DNA of 63,998 bases, the filler included, from an uncultured Methanosarcinales archaeon (GTDB taxonomy: Archaea; Nanobdellota; Nanobdellia; Woesearchaeales; JAGLXL01): NCBI GenBank assembly GCA_964472345.1. It is 4 parts of 4 records of this genome, joined end to end, with 100 filler letters (N's around TTAATTAATTAA, not from the genome) between each part and the next. Parts side by side here need not be neighbours in the genome. Positions count along the whole stretch, not along the records: positions 21,674 to 41,995 come from CAYYLB010000012.1; positions 42,096 to 62,150 come from CAYYLB010000013.1; 2 more parts are not named here. One strand, written 5' to 3'. A program made the translations under genes and the position numbers. Positions 39,679 through 50,182 of this stretch are shown in pieces; position 1 is the first letter of the stretch, and each line of letters starts with the position of its first letter. The notes under the pieces were generated by a model. That model searched no databases. It worked only from the letters and a program-made list of their open reading frames with translations, and was not told where the DNA came from.

Positions 39679-40067
39679 TCGGGCTGGACACGACTTTTAT
39701 CATCGACTTTCTCAACGGCGATGCTGACGCCGTCCGCAAGGGGCAGGAGCTGGACGGCCGGCAGCTGGTGACGACGCAGATCAACCTGTTCGAGGTGTTC
39801 ACGGGGCTGTTTCTCAGGAAAGCCCGGGGAACCGGAGACCTGAATGCAACGCTCGCGTTCTTTGATCGCGTCGGCGTCCTTCTCCACCGGAATGAGGGAT
39901 CGCTGCAGGCTGCGGAACTCCTGGCTGCGTCGTACAAACACGGGAAGGCGCTTGCCGCGACCGATGCGCTCATCGCAGGCATCCTGCTGAGCAGCGGCTG
40001 CAGCCGCATCGTCACCCGTGACAGCGACTTCCGGCGCATTGCGGGGATGCAGGTGCTGGAGTATTAA
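39675..40067 (+). CDS. vapC: VapC PIN-domain toxin
   Basis: LDTTFIID, FEV, DALIAG, VTRDSDF. Confidence 0.92.
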   Translation: MIGLDTTFIIDFLNGDADAVRKGQELDGRQLVTTQINLFEVFTGLFLRKARGTGDLNATLAFFDRVGVLLHRNEGSLQAAELLAASYKHGKALAATDALIAGILLSSGCSRIVTRDSDFRRIAGMQVLEY

Positions 40068-40241
40068 GGGCGGCGGGCGGAGCCTTCTTCGGCAGGGTGC
40101 TGTGCGGGTACGGCACGCGTGCGGCCTCCTCAGCAGAGCCGGCCGCGCTTCCCTACGGAGCAGACGGAGCATCGCCCCGCATTTTCTCCAGAGCCGCTTT
40201 TTCGCAAACCTATATTAAGCACGTGGCGAGAAGCCGGTTTC

Positions 40242-40526
40242 ATGCAGGACATTGTCACGAAAGAGCGGCTTGCGAAGTATGCTGGTTATACGGAGCGCGG
40301 GCTGGCGGCGGCACGTGCAGCGATTGACGCGACGAGGGAGGCTCAGGCGCGCGATTTCCTTGACATGGCCCAGCGCTACCATGATGATGCGCGCCATTTC
40401 GAGGCGAACGGCGATCTCGTCACTGCGTTCGCCGCGCTCAATTACGCGCACGGCTGGCTGGACGCGGGCGCGCGCATCGGGCTGTTTCAGGTGAAGGACA
40501 GCACGCTGTTCACGGTGGACAATTAG
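40242..40526 (+). CDS. DUF357 family protein
   Basis: MAQRY.DDA.HF...GD.V.AFAALNYAHGWLDAGARIG. Confidence 0.9.
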   Translation: MQDIVTKERLAKYAGYTERGLAAARAAIDATREAQARDFLDMAQRYHDDARHFEANGDLVTAFAALNYAHGWLDAGARIGLFQVKDSTLFTVDN

Positions 40527-40629
40527 TTTGTTGTTACTCATTAGTAAATAACTGACCGAAAGGTTTATATAGGAGCGCCCTCCCCCAGAAACAAAAAGGG
40601 CGTGTTCTTCACTGGGGAGGCAATCACCA

Positions 40630-41424
40630 ATGATCGTCAAACGGGAACTGCTCAACAAAATCAAGGACTTTGGCTTGAATAGTTATGAGAGCAAGCTCTG
40701 GACTGCGCTGCTCAGCCGCGGCGTGTCCACTGCCGGCGAGCTTTCTGACATTTCTGATGTGCCGAGAAGCCGCGCGTATGATGTTCTCGAGAGCCTGGAG
40801 AAGAAGGGCTTCATCGTGGTCAAGCTGGGCAAGCCGATCAAGTACCTTGCGGTTCCGCCGAGGGAAGTCGTCGACCGGGTCAAGAAGCACCTGCAGGAAG
40901 AGTCCGAGCGGCGCTCCAAGACGCTCGACACCCTCAAGAGCTCCGACGTCCTGGAAGAGCTGAATCTGCTCCACAAGCAGGGCATCGAGAAGATTGAGCC
41001 GACTGAGATGAGCGGATCCTTCCGGGGCCGCGAGAAGCTGTACGAGCACCTCGGCACCCTTTTCAAGAACGCGCAGAAGAGCATCATCATTTCAACGACC
41101 GCGAGCGGTTTGCAGCGCAAGCTGCAGCATTTCAGCTCAGACCTCGAGAAGGCTGCCAGGCGCGGCGTCAGCGTGCGCATCGCCGCACAGATGAATGATG
41201 CGGCGAAGAAGCTCGCCAAGGACGTCGCAGGAGCCGAATTCCGCAACAGCGCGAAGAGCGCGCGCTTCTGCACTGTCGACAGCAAGGAGCTTGTCGTGAT
41301 GCTGACGGATGACAGCAAGGCGCACGAGAGCTTCGACAGCGGCATCTGGATCAGCACGCCTTATTTTGTCCAGCACTTTGAAGAGCTTTTCGAGCAGAGC
41401 TGGAAGGACATGAAGAAGCTTTAG
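40630..41424 (+). CDS. TrmB-family transcriptional regulator
   Basis: FGLNSYESK, VPRSRAYDVLESLEKKG, KPIKY. Confidence 0.92.
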   Translation: MIVKRELLNKIKDFGLNSYESKLWTALLSRGVSTAGELSDISDVPRSRAYDVLESLEKKGFIVVKLGKPIKYLAVPPREVVDRVKKHLQEESERRSKTLDTLKSSDVLEELNLLHKQGIEKIEPTEMSGSFRGREKLYEHLGTLFKNAQKSIIISTTASGLQRKLQHFSSDLEKAARRGVSVRIAAQMNDAAKKLAKDVAGAEFRNSAKSARFCTVDSKELVVMLTDDSKAHESFDSGIWISTPYFVQHFEELFEQSWKDMKKL

Positions 41425-41513
41425 CCACGATCATCAGCCCTGCCAAGGAAACGCCGCTGAGAAGCATGAGGCGGCGTATGAGGGGCAGCGGCTTCATTTC
41501 ATTTTTTTCTTGA

Positions 41514-41695
41514 GGCTCCGCAGAAACCCTCTCGCCTGCGCTCGGCACTGCCGGCTCTCTCGGCCGATTTCCCCGGGTTTTCTCTGCTCTGACCCGCTCT
41601 TCTTTTCTGAAGGAAATCGGTTCCTGCGAGCAGTGCAAGCATCGCGCCAGCCTCGTTCGCGCGGAGCAGGCAGTGCATCGGGTTTCTGCGTAGCC
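41514..41695. mobile_element. MITE C (182 bp)
   Basis: TIR GGCTCCGCAGAAACCC / GGGTTTCTGCGTAGCC (15/16); TSD TTTCTTGA/CTTCTTGA; core shared with MITE D. Confidence 0.85.
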
Positions 41696-41750
41696 CTTCT
41701 TGAGGCACCGGTGTCGTGTGCCCATCGGCACGCCTGCGCGGAAAACAAAG

Positions 41751-41887
41751 CGCCGGTGGCAGGAAAGTCACGCTGGCGCGCTCATTTGCTGCCCGCGACC
41801 AGCGATTTGAACCTGCAATCCCGTGAGGGAACTGGTTTGCCCGCAATGGTTCAAGACCAGCGCACTACCAGGTTATGCGACACCGGC
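41751..41887 (-). tRNA. tRNA-Ser(UGA) with two introns (12 nt at 37/38: 41838-41849; 41 nt at 59/60: 41765-41805)
   Basis: Acceptor GCCGGTG/CACCGGC, G73, anticodon stem CTGGT/ACCAG, variable arm TCCC-TCAC-GGGA, T stem GCAGG/CCTGC; TATA at 41911-41920. Confidence 0.92.
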
Positions 41888-42095
41888 ACACCGCGGGGGT
41901 TCGGGAGTGCGTTTATAAACTTTGGTTCTGCGAGTGCAGCATGTCGTGTCCTAATATTATTTCGTTTCAGCTTCATTTTTCATCCTCCGCCAAAANNNNN
42001 NNNNNNNNNNNNNNNNNNNNNNNNNNNNNNNNNNNNNNNTTAATTAATTAANNNNNNNNNNNNNNNNNNNNNNNNNNNNNNNNNNNNNNNNNNNN

Positions 42096-44044
42096 CATCT
42101 CGCTAAGAACAGCATAGAAATATCTCTTTTAACTTTGCCTAAACCAATTCCTTGAGTTTTTTCTAATAATCCATACCTACCCCACAAGTCTTTTGTTGTA
42201 TTTCTATAAAACACAGGTAGGGTTTCCCAATTAATCCAAGGTGGATTTCCAATAACATAATCAAATTTTCCCATCAACATTGGAGCAAACGAATTTTTTA
42301 ATAGAGAAGTCCATATCTTATTTTTACCCATATGTTCTAATTTTAAAATCTTCTCGTAAAGTCTTAAAAAAGATTGTATTGACTGGTGGCTTAAACCTAC
42401 TTTTTTATCAAGAATTGCCTCCAATTGCTTTTTATCCCAACCTATTTTTACTCCTTCATTGATAACGTTAAGAACAGGGTAAAGCAGGTTTTTATCAATG
42501 ACTTCCCTAGTTATCCAGAATTTACCTTCTGTTGTGTGCAATGTGAATTCAGCTTCGCCAAAAGGGGTTACAGTTCTCTCAACAGAAATAGAATCAGCAA
42601 GATAAATTGGAATCTCAATTCCTTCTTTTGGCCTATAGCGTAATAAGTCTGCTAAAGCGATTAAGTAGTTTGCTTTTGAAGCTAAAACAGCAAGAGGATT
42701 CAAATCAATTCCATGAACATTATTAATAACTTGTTTCAGTAATTCTCTTTTATCCAAGAAATGTTCTTCTGAATAGTCCCTTATTTTCTTAATTGTCAAA
42801 ACTAAAAAAGTCCCAGAGCCACAAGCTGGGTCTAAAACTCTTTTTTCAGGATTTCCATCATATTGAATCTCTTCTAATAGCAATTCAGCAAGCCAGTCGG
42901 GGGTAAAATATTCGCCTAGCTTATGCCTAATATCTCTTGGGACTAGATTCTGATAAAGTCTTTTAAAGAGGTCTTTTACTCTTTCTGGATTTAATTCAAC
43001 TGTTGCAGGCTCATAATCTAATAACTGTTTATTTATTTCAAAAATAGATGTTGCAATTTCTGCATCCCAATCATCCAAATACCATGCAAAGTAATCTGCT
43101 TCTAAAAAATTCTTTATTCCAAGTGTACTAAAAATTCCACCTTCTTCGAGTTCTTTTAACTCATTAAGCATATCTTCAAATTTTCCTAGTTTATCATGAT
43201 AATATGCTTCTTCAACTTTTTTCAAGTAAGAACCTAAAAGACTATCTGCAAATAATGTAACTATCTCTGAAGTCATAAGTTTCATTAAAATAGTATAATA
43301 AGTATGAATACAAAAGAATAGCTTTTCAGGATCAACGTCTTCTTGGTCAAAATCATAAAAGTCTGCCAATTTCTCAAGTTTTTCATTGGAATACGAACAA
43401 ACTTGTGAAAAAACTCTTTTCCAATCATTGAATAGCATTAATGTTCTTGGAGTTTTTGATTTGCTCAGTTTCTTATAAAATGTTGAAACGGCCTTTTTAC
43501 TAATTGGACTCTTAGGACCAAAATCCAGTAATAAAAATTCTGCATCAATAGGTTTTCTTTTTAGTCCTCGAATAGATTCGAGTAGGCGAAGAATAGTTTG
43601 GGCATTAACATCTAAAGGTGTATCTTGTTCTTCCCATTCATTTTTTCTGAATCTAACAAAAGAAATTTTATTCCCATCAATTATAACCCCAAAGTATCTA
43701 TTAAAGTACTTTGAATCTTTCCCATCTTCAGAAATATACTTTTTAATTTGCTCTTTTGCTTTGTTAAATTCAGTTTTTGAATCTAATTTTCCTGGAGATT
43801 TATATTCAATAACTACATGGCCGTAAAGAGCATCTTTTCTTGCTCCACTCACAATTGTTTTCTTTTCATAAGTTGCCCATGGAACATTCCATTTTTCAAA
43901 TACTTTAGATCTTAGAGTATACTCAATTCTTATCTTTATATCTTCTTCACTCTTAGATTGAGTAGCGTGTTTTTTTATTTCTTCAGCCAGTTCTTTTGGT
44001 TTAACATCTTCCAAGACAATTTCATTTGACATTTGAATATCCAT
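42096..44044 (-). CDS. Type IIG-like restriction-modification enzyme (N6-adenine MTase), 3'-truncated at contig end
   Basis: N-terminal D..IEYK nuclease motif; GEYFTP, DPACGSGTF, NPPW; strongly AT-rich. Confidence 0.9.
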
Positions 44045-44162
44045 TTATACACAACACTTAATATAAGTAGTTTATATTTATTTCTTTTTAAAGTGTTCGT
44101 TTCATCCGTACACCTAACCCCCTCATCGTTTAAAGTAAAAGTACAAAAGTTTAGGTCACTTA

Positions 44163-44885
44163 TTATACAAGAACGCTCTCGCGGGCCTGCAGCTGCTTCT
44201 CTTTCTCCGTCACATCCACTTCCAGCTCGACATGCCCGCAGTACGCATCCTCGATGACTTTCTTCATCCCGACAACCCCAAGCCGCCTTGCGAAGATCGG
44301 CCCGTCAATGGCCAGCGTATCGTAATAGCCGCCTTCGCCGCCGCAATGGAAGCCGTATCTCCTGCTGTCCGCGAGCAGCTGCGGCAGGTTCTCCTTCGTG
44401 AGGGTTTTTCCGAGCCAGGGCAGCAGCCCGTCGGAGGCGACCTGGGTGATGAGGAACACGTAGCCTCTGGCAAGCATCTCCTCCATGACGGCGTCGTGGT
44501 CCATCCCCGCGTGCGCTGCGAAGACCTCCACATTCAGGGGGCGCAGCGCGTCCTGGACGCTCCGGAGCTGCGTTTCCTGCAGGCCGGTGCCGCCAAGAAC
44601 GACGGCGTCAACGGGGTCGTGCTCCTGCTGTGTTTCTATTTCTTTTTTCACGAGAGCGGCCTCGCGCTTTGGATCAGCGACATCGCAGCCCAACAGGATG
44701 TGCCGGATGCCGAGCAGCTCCGCGAGCTTGGGCGTGTGCTCGACGGTGGCGAAGTGGAAGAGGAAGCAGTCCTTCCGCGTCGGCTTTACGCTCAGCAGGT
44801 AGCGCACGTCCCAGCCGCGGCTCCTGCAGTAGTCAATCGCGTACGTGCTGTCCTTCCCGCCGGAGTAGAGGATCGCGACTCTCAT
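44163..44885 (-). CDS. Diphthine--ammonia ligase (Dph6 family)
   Basis: YSGGKDS PP-loop, GEGG.Y.T, DGPIF. Confidence 0.88.
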   Translation of the reverse strand: MRVAILYSGGKDSTYAIDYCRSRGWDVRYLLSVKPTRKDCFLFHFATVEHTPKLAELLGIRHILLGCDVADPKREAALVKKEIETQQEHDPVDAVVLGGTGLQETQLRSVQDALRPLNVEVFAAHAGMDHDAVMEEMLARGYVFLITQVASDGLLPWLGKTLTKENLPQLLADSRRYGFHCGGEGGYYDTLAIDGPIFARRLGVVGMKKVIEDAYCGHVELEVDVTEKEKQLQARESVLV

Positions 44886-45098
44886 CGCCGCTGCAAGCTG
44901 GAGCTTCTTTATAAACTTTCGTGCGGTCTTCTGGCACTATCTTTTCCAAAAAAACCCGGGCTTTTCGCCTGTGCGGACAGTAAACACAAAGAACAAAAAA
45001 GGCTCGTATTGGCACTTCGTCAGTAAAAATGGGAGAGCACAACAGAAATGACTTGCCAAAGACAGGCAATTTTATAATGACGCAAGCTAAAACAGCCC

Positions 45099-46004
45099 AT
45101 GCCCGTGAAAATAACACGAAGAAAGCTGGTTGTGCTTGGACTTGGGGCGGCGACCGGCGCAAGCCTTGGCAGATACCTTAACAACACTGATATGAAACAA
45201 GCACCCATCCATGAAGGAATGGTGTTGTGCGACCTGCATGCACACCCAACACACAAAGTGCATTTGGATACTCTTGTTGAAGCCCTCAGTTCTCCAGGCA
45301 TGGTTGGTCTTACTGTCAAAAATATTGACGAGAGTGGTAAAGATATTCTAAGATACGAGCAGGCCCTCGACGTGCTGCCGGCGGGGAGCTTCACTGAGCT
45401 TGACAAAGGCAGGTTGGCAAAATGCGGAAAGGGCTACTTCGCGAGGACCCAGGAAATTCGGGTTGGAAAACATCATCTTCTTGTCGTCGGTTGGCGGGGC
45501 GGATACTTTCCGAATTTCGAAAATATCGATGATGCGGTAAAGAAAATTCACGAACAAGATGGAATTGCTATCCTCAACCACCCATTTGCACTTGTTCTAG
45601 GTCAAAACGTACGACTGCCCGAATCAGATGCAGAGCGCGATGAAATTAGGGATGCTTATGGCTGCGTCGATGAAGTAGAAACCTTTAATGCCTATTGCAT
45701 TGATCTCATTCCGCTCATCGTTGCCATGAAGCAAGCCAATAGGGACGCGGAAAACCTACGACGCGAGGAGTTTCCGCATTTTAGAGGCACTGCTGGTTCT
45801 GACTGCCATCGCCGGTGGGCGCAGGTGAAAATTGCCGGAATCTACATTGGCACGCGGGCTGTTGAATCCGGGATGGATGGCATTAAAGGAGCAATAACAA
45901 ATGGTGAATTCGAGCGTCTCGGTGACTCTGAAACAGGACCTTATGTGAGCAGAGGCAGCTTCATTCTCGGCATGGGCGGCGATATGCTCGCAACACTCCG
46001 CTAG
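45099..46004 (+). CDS. PHP-domain phosphoesterase with twin-arginine-like leader
   Basis: TRRKLV leader; DLHAH, HLL, NHP, ETFN, GSDCH. Confidence 0.85.
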   Translation: MPVKITRRKLVVLGLGAATGASLGRYLNNTDMKQAPIHEGMVLCDLHAHPTHKVHLDTLVEALSSPGMVGLTVKNIDESGKDILRYEQALDVLPAGSFTELDKGRLAKCGKGYFARTQEIRVGKHHLLVVGWRGGYFPNFENIDDAVKKIHEQDGIAILNHPFALVLGQNVRLPESDAERDEIRDAYGCVDEVETFNAYCIDLIPLIVAMKQANRDAENLRREEFPHFRGTAGSDCHRRWAQVKIAGIYIGTRAVESGMDGIKGAITNGEFERLGDSETGPYVSRGSFILGMGGDMLATLR

Positions 46005-46080
46005 GGCAACCGCTCTGTCTGCTTTCGCTGTGGGAAGTGCACCCCCAAGAAATACCACCACGAAGACGCCTGCGCCCCTT

Positions 46081-47199
46081 TCAGCCCAGCTCGAGCTCCA
46101 CCTTCTTGTTCTTCAGGTCAACCACAGCTACTGCACTGTCCCTAGCAAGCAGCCCGCGGACCGCATCCCAGCCGCCATTGGCACGGGCGAGCCCGACGCT
46201 ATCAAGGAGCTTTTTGACCTGCAGGTAGTGCTCATAGAGCGCATCACCCTTTCGGGTTTCCTCTGCGGCCTGCGCTTCGAGCGCTGCGAGAGCGTGCTGC
46301 TGCTTTTCGATGATCGTGCGGAGCTGCTGGATCTTCTGATGGTAGCGCTGCTCGACCGCGAGCTGCTGCTGCCGGGCTCTTGTCGTGCTGATGAGCGCGT
46401 CGAGCGCCTCGTGGAAGGTGGCGAATTCCCGCTGCAGCGCCTGCTGCGTGATGGGAATGGGGGTGATGGCGCCCGACTGCCACAGGTAGCCGCGCGGCGT
46501 CCCGAGCTCGCCGAGCAGCGAGACGAACGCCCTTCCGACGGCTTCGCGCTGCCTGTCCGTGAGCGCCTTCGGAGCGGTGCTCTTGTCGACGGCAGCACGC
46601 GCGCAAAGCTCTTCCGCATACAGGCCGCCGAGGCCAAGCCCGGTTGCAAGGGCGGTGACGAGCTTGTCTTTCTCCGATGCGGCGAGGAGCGCCATAAATT
46701 CACCCTGCTGGAGCGTGAAGATTTGGGCAACATCCGGCGGCGGCACGTAGCGCACGCCGATGCGCAGCTCGCGGGACTGCCAGTGCTGGCGCTCGAGAAG
46801 GAGCGCGATGGTGCGGTCAGCGCCGCAGAGGATGATGTTCCCCTTGGAAAAGAGCTCGAGGATGAGCTCCATGGGGTGCTCCTTCTGAAGCGAGCAGGTG
46901 ACGATGCGCTGGGCGCCGAGCTGCCCGATGGCGGTGATGGTGGCGCTGGCGATGCGCCGGCGGAGCTGCAGGCAGAATTCCGACGCATTCGTATTGGCCC
47001 TGTGCGAGGTCTCGTAGAGCAGCCTGCCGGCGACGATGCGCACTAGGCGCTTTCCGCTGCCGGGAAGGTGAAGCTGGAGGATGAGCTCTTTTGCACCTGC
47101 CTGGTAGACCTGGTCGATCTTTGCGCCGACGAGGGGCTGGAGCTCCGTAACGACGGCGTGCAGCTCGATGCCGGAAAGCTCGGGACTGGAAGGATTCAT
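46081..47199 (-). CDS. NFACT/RqcH (Rqc2-like) N-terminal part
   Basis: GAKIDQVYQ, FCLQLRRRI, ELFSKGNIIL, LGGLYAEELC, coiled coil. Confidence 0.88.
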   Translation of the reverse strand: MNPSSPELSGIELHAVVTELQPLVGAKIDQVYQAGAKELILQLHLPGSGKRLVRIVAGRLLYETSHRANTNASEFCLQLRRRIASATITAIGQLGAQRIVTCSLQKEHPMELILELFSKGNIILCGADRTIALLLERQHWQSRELRIGVRYVPPPDVAQIFTLQQGEFMALLAASEKDKLVTALATGLGLGGLYAEELCARAAVDKSTAPKALTDRQREAVGRAFVSLLGELGTPRGYLWQSGAITPIPITQQALQREFATFHEALDALISTTRARQQQLAVEQRYHQKIQQLRTIIEKQQHALAALEAQAAEETRKGDALYEHYLQVKKLLDSVGLARANGGWDAVRGLLARDSAVAVVDLKNKKVELELG

Positions 47200-47290
47200 G
47201 GCTTTCTTTCCTTTCGCGGTGGTTTATATGGCTTTGCGGTGCTCCCGAGCAGCCCGAACTGCTGGGGACAGGAGGCTGCGGCATCCACAT

Positions 47291-48562
47291 TTACGCCTGC
47301 TCCGCTTCCTCCAGCAGCCATTTCCACAATGGGAGGATGCGCACCGGGCCATTGCTCCCTTCGGCGCTTCTGGTGAGGATGAGCTGCTCTTTCGTCCTTT
47401 TGAACTCCCTCGCGAACTCCTGAAGGGCGAGCAGCTCCCTTTCATCGAGCCTGTCCGTGAATGAGACATTGATGGCGCTGAGCGTCTGGTCACGGTTTTT
47501 GACAACAAAATCAACTTCGCCACGGCCCTTCCAGTAGTACGCTTCCTTCCCCCGCCGCCAGAGCTCCGCACGGACGCAGTTCTCCGCCAATCGACCCGTG
47601 TCAGGAGAAATGCGGAAACCGACGACGTTGCGCATGCCGCAATCGAGCGCATAGCTCTTTTTCGGCAGCCTCGACGTTTCCCTGAACGAATAGGAAAAAT
47701 GGTCGAGCGGCAGGAGGAGGTACGCATCCTCCAGATAGGAGAGATACTCGCCGACGCTGCCGATGGAAAGCCCCGTGAGGCCCCGCAGCTTCCGGATGGT
47801 AAACGGGCTTGCAATGCTGGTCAGGAGCGCAACGGCAAGCTCGGTCACCTTGGCCGCATGGGTATGATGCCGCTTCACAATGTCCTTGTAGATGATATCA
47901 TCAACGTACTGCCTGAGGAGGAGCCTCTTGAGCTCCCGCTCCTTGAAAAAGACCTCAGGAAATCCCCCGAATTCGAGGTAGCCGTTGAGGGCGTGGAGCA
48001 CCTGATGCGTTGCGGCCGGCGTCTTCTGCCCATATGCAATGCCGGAGAAGTCCAGGAACTCCCGAAACGAAAGGGGGGCGATGGTGAAGGTGAGATTGCG
48101 GCCCGTCAGGAGCGTCGACAGTTCCCCGTGGAGAAGACTCGACGAAGAGCCGGAGACGACAAACTTCACTTTCTCATGAAGGTCGTAGTATTTCTTGAGC
48201 GTCTGCTCCCATCCGGGAACATTCTGGATCTCATCGAGGAAGACGAACGCGTGCGCCCCGGGGTTCTTCTGCTGCCGATAGAATGCGTACAGCGATTCGA
48301 TCGTCTCTTTCCTGAGGAGGTCGTCATCGAGATTCACGTAGAGGATCTGGTGGGGATGGTGCGCTTCAAGCAAGGAGGCGATCATCTGATACATGAGCGT
48401 CGTCTTCCCGCTCCGCCTGATGCCTGTCAGCGCGACGATCTCGCGTGCTGCCAGCGCCTTGAAGAGCAGGGGGTCGACGGATCTCAGCGTGCCGCGAAGC
48501 GCCCCCGGCACCTCTTTCGTTGCCCACCACGGGTTCCAGGTGTTGAGATACTCGATTTCCAT
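47291..48562 (-). CDS. AAA_14 + DUF4143 ATPase
   Basis: WNPWW, GIRRSGKT, LDEIQ, GGFPE, GRLAEN, EVDF. Confidence 0.92.
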   Translation of the reverse strand: MEIEYLNTWNPWWATKEVPGALRGTLRSVDPLLFKALAAREIVALTGIRRSGKTTLMYQMIASLLEAHHPHQILYVNLDDDLLRKETIESLYAFYRQQKNPGAHAFVFLDEIQNVPGWEQTLKKYYDLHEKVKFVVSGSSSSLLHGELSTLLTGRNLTFTIAPLSFREFLDFSGIAYGQKTPAATHQVLHALNGYLEFGGFPEVFFKERELKRLLLRQYVDDIIYKDIVKRHHTHAAKVTELAVALLTSIASPFTIRKLRGLTGLSIGSVGEYLSYLEDAYLLLPLDHFSYSFRETSRLPKKSYALDCGMRNVVGFRISPDTGRLAENCVRAELWRRGKEAYYWKGRGEVDFVVKNRDQTLSAINVSFTDRLDERELLALQEFAREFKRTKEQLILTRSAEGSNGPVRILPLWKWLLEEAEQA

Positions 48563-48726
48563 TAGGCTGATGAGGCTGCTTTATTTATAAATGTTACTAT
48601 CAAATCGTTCATTTTTTTGCTATTTTGAACGCTTAATCGTTCATATTTAAGAATGCTCCATGAGACCACCATGCCCTGCAAAAACGGATGGGGTGGGCTT
48701 CGGTGCCTGAATGCGGGGAACAATCC

Positions 48727-49905
48727 TCACCGACGCTCTTTCGCGATGCTCCAGAGAAGCCCGAACTGCTGGCGGTAGGAGTCCGCGACTTCCTTGTTGT
48801 CGATGAGGATAAGGTGGTTCGGCGCGCCCCAGAGGAAGATGGCAACCTTGCTCCCGTAGACCTCGAATGCGGTGCTGCCAACCACCTCTTTCGGGAGGAA
48901 GCGGTAGGCGGTGGTTTTGGCTTCGGGAAGCTCGCGGGTGCCTTCTTTGGCAATCACCCGCTCGCGGATCCCCATTTTCCTGATGGTCCTGAAGTATTCG
49001 TCGAGGTCGGCAGCATAGCCGGGATGAAGCTGCATAATGGTTTCGTCGTCAATGCCGAAGATGAGCACTTCGTCGCCTTTCGTGAGCGTTTTTGTTATGC
49101 TTTTCAGCATCGTCCGGTACTCGAACAGGCCCTTGTGCAAGGTGACTTTTATCTGGTCCTGTGGGGAGGTGTGGAGTTGGTCGTGCTGGGAGGCGATGCT
49201 CCAGAGAAGCTTATGGTACTTCCGGAAGGCGTCGGCCAGCGGCCTGCTCCGGATCATGATGATGGTGAGCGGCTCCCAGATGAGGATCGAGATGACGTTC
49301 CCGTAGACGGCGAACGGCGTTGGGCTGAAGTATTCCTTCGGGATGTAGCGGTAATGGGCCGCCTTCTCCTTGAAGATGAACTTCGTGCCTTCTTCCGCAA
49401 GGAGCCACTCATTGATGCCCAACCGGGCTTCCTCGCGGAACATCTTTTTCATCTCAAAGGGGAACATTGCGTTGAACTTTGACTCGTCAACGCCGAAGCC
49501 GTAGAAATCGCCGCCGTTCTTCAGCTCGCGCAGGTGGTCGGAGATGAAGCTCTTGAAGCCCTCGCGGCCTTTGTAGATCTCGACGGAAAGGTCCTCCTTC
49601 TGGAACGCTGCAAGCTTCTTGAGCTGCGGGAGGATGGTGAGCAGGTGGCTTTCCTTCTCCTTCAGGAGCTCGTGGAGCTTTTCGGGCGGGGCAACCTTGA
49701 AGCACTTGACGTTCGACTGGATGCTGAAGCTGACGAGCCCCTTTTCAAGCAGGTGGTCAAGGAAGTCGTACAGCGTCGTGCGGTGCTGGGCGGTTTCTTT
49801 TGTCAGGGCGCTGACCGGGCTTTGCCCTAGCTTGAGGAGAGCGAGGTAAACCCTGATCTCGCCTTCGGAGAGGCCGAGCTCGGCCAAGACGGCTTTTTCG
49901 TCCAT
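48727..49905 (-). CDS. TrmB-like HTH regulator with tandemly duplicated effector domain
   Basis: LGLSEGEIRVYLALL HTH; two repeats each with YR.P..VYG and ending LLWSIA. Confidence 0.88.
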   Translation of the reverse strand: MDEKAVLAELGLSEGEIRVYLALLKLGQSPVSALTKETAQHRTTLYDFLDHLLEKGLVSFSIQSNVKCFKVAPPEKLHELLKEKESHLLTILPQLKKLAAFQKEDLSVEIYKGREGFKSFISDHLRELKNGGDFYGFGVDESKFNAMFPFEMKKMFREEARLGINEWLLAEEGTKFIFKEKAAHYRYIPKEYFSPTPFAVYGNVISILIWEPLTIIMIRSRPLADAFRKYHKLLWSIASQHDQLHTSPQDQIKVTLHKGLFEYRTMLKSITKTLTKGDEVLIFGIDDETIMQLHPGYAADLDEYFRTIRKMGIRERVIAKEGTRELPEAKTTAYRFLPKEVVGSTAFEVYGSKVAIFLWGAPNHLILIDNKEVADSYRQQFGLLWSIAKERR

Positions 49906-50018
49906 TGTCGGGCTGATGAAGCGGGGGTATTTATAGTTGTCGGAAAAACGACAGCAATAATTAATATAGGTAAGTTAGTAACCACAAGAAAGAGGTAACA
50001 AATTACCTTTTGAAGAAC

Positions 50019-50180
50019 ATGAAACTGCGGGCGATGCTGGGAGTGAACATTACCGACGATGAGGTCATGAGGCTCGTCAAAGAAGCGTATGAGCACAACC
50101 AGCCGGCAGTACGGTTGCCTCGCGGGGAAGGATTTGTGATGGTGCGGCTGCCGCGCCTGAACATTGAGGGAGGGAGGTAA
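50019..50180 (+). CDS. 53-aa small ORF heading the HD/PEP-domain operon (not in ORF track)
   Basis: MKLRAMLGVNITDDEVMRLVKEAYEHNQPAVRLPRGEGFVMVRLPRLNIEGGR; stop 2 nt before next ATG, 3' end supplies GGAGG SD. Confidence 0.6.
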   Translation: MKLRAMLGVNITDDEVMRLVKEAYEHNQPAVRLPRGEGFVMVRLPRLNIEGGR

Positions 50181-50182
50181 CC

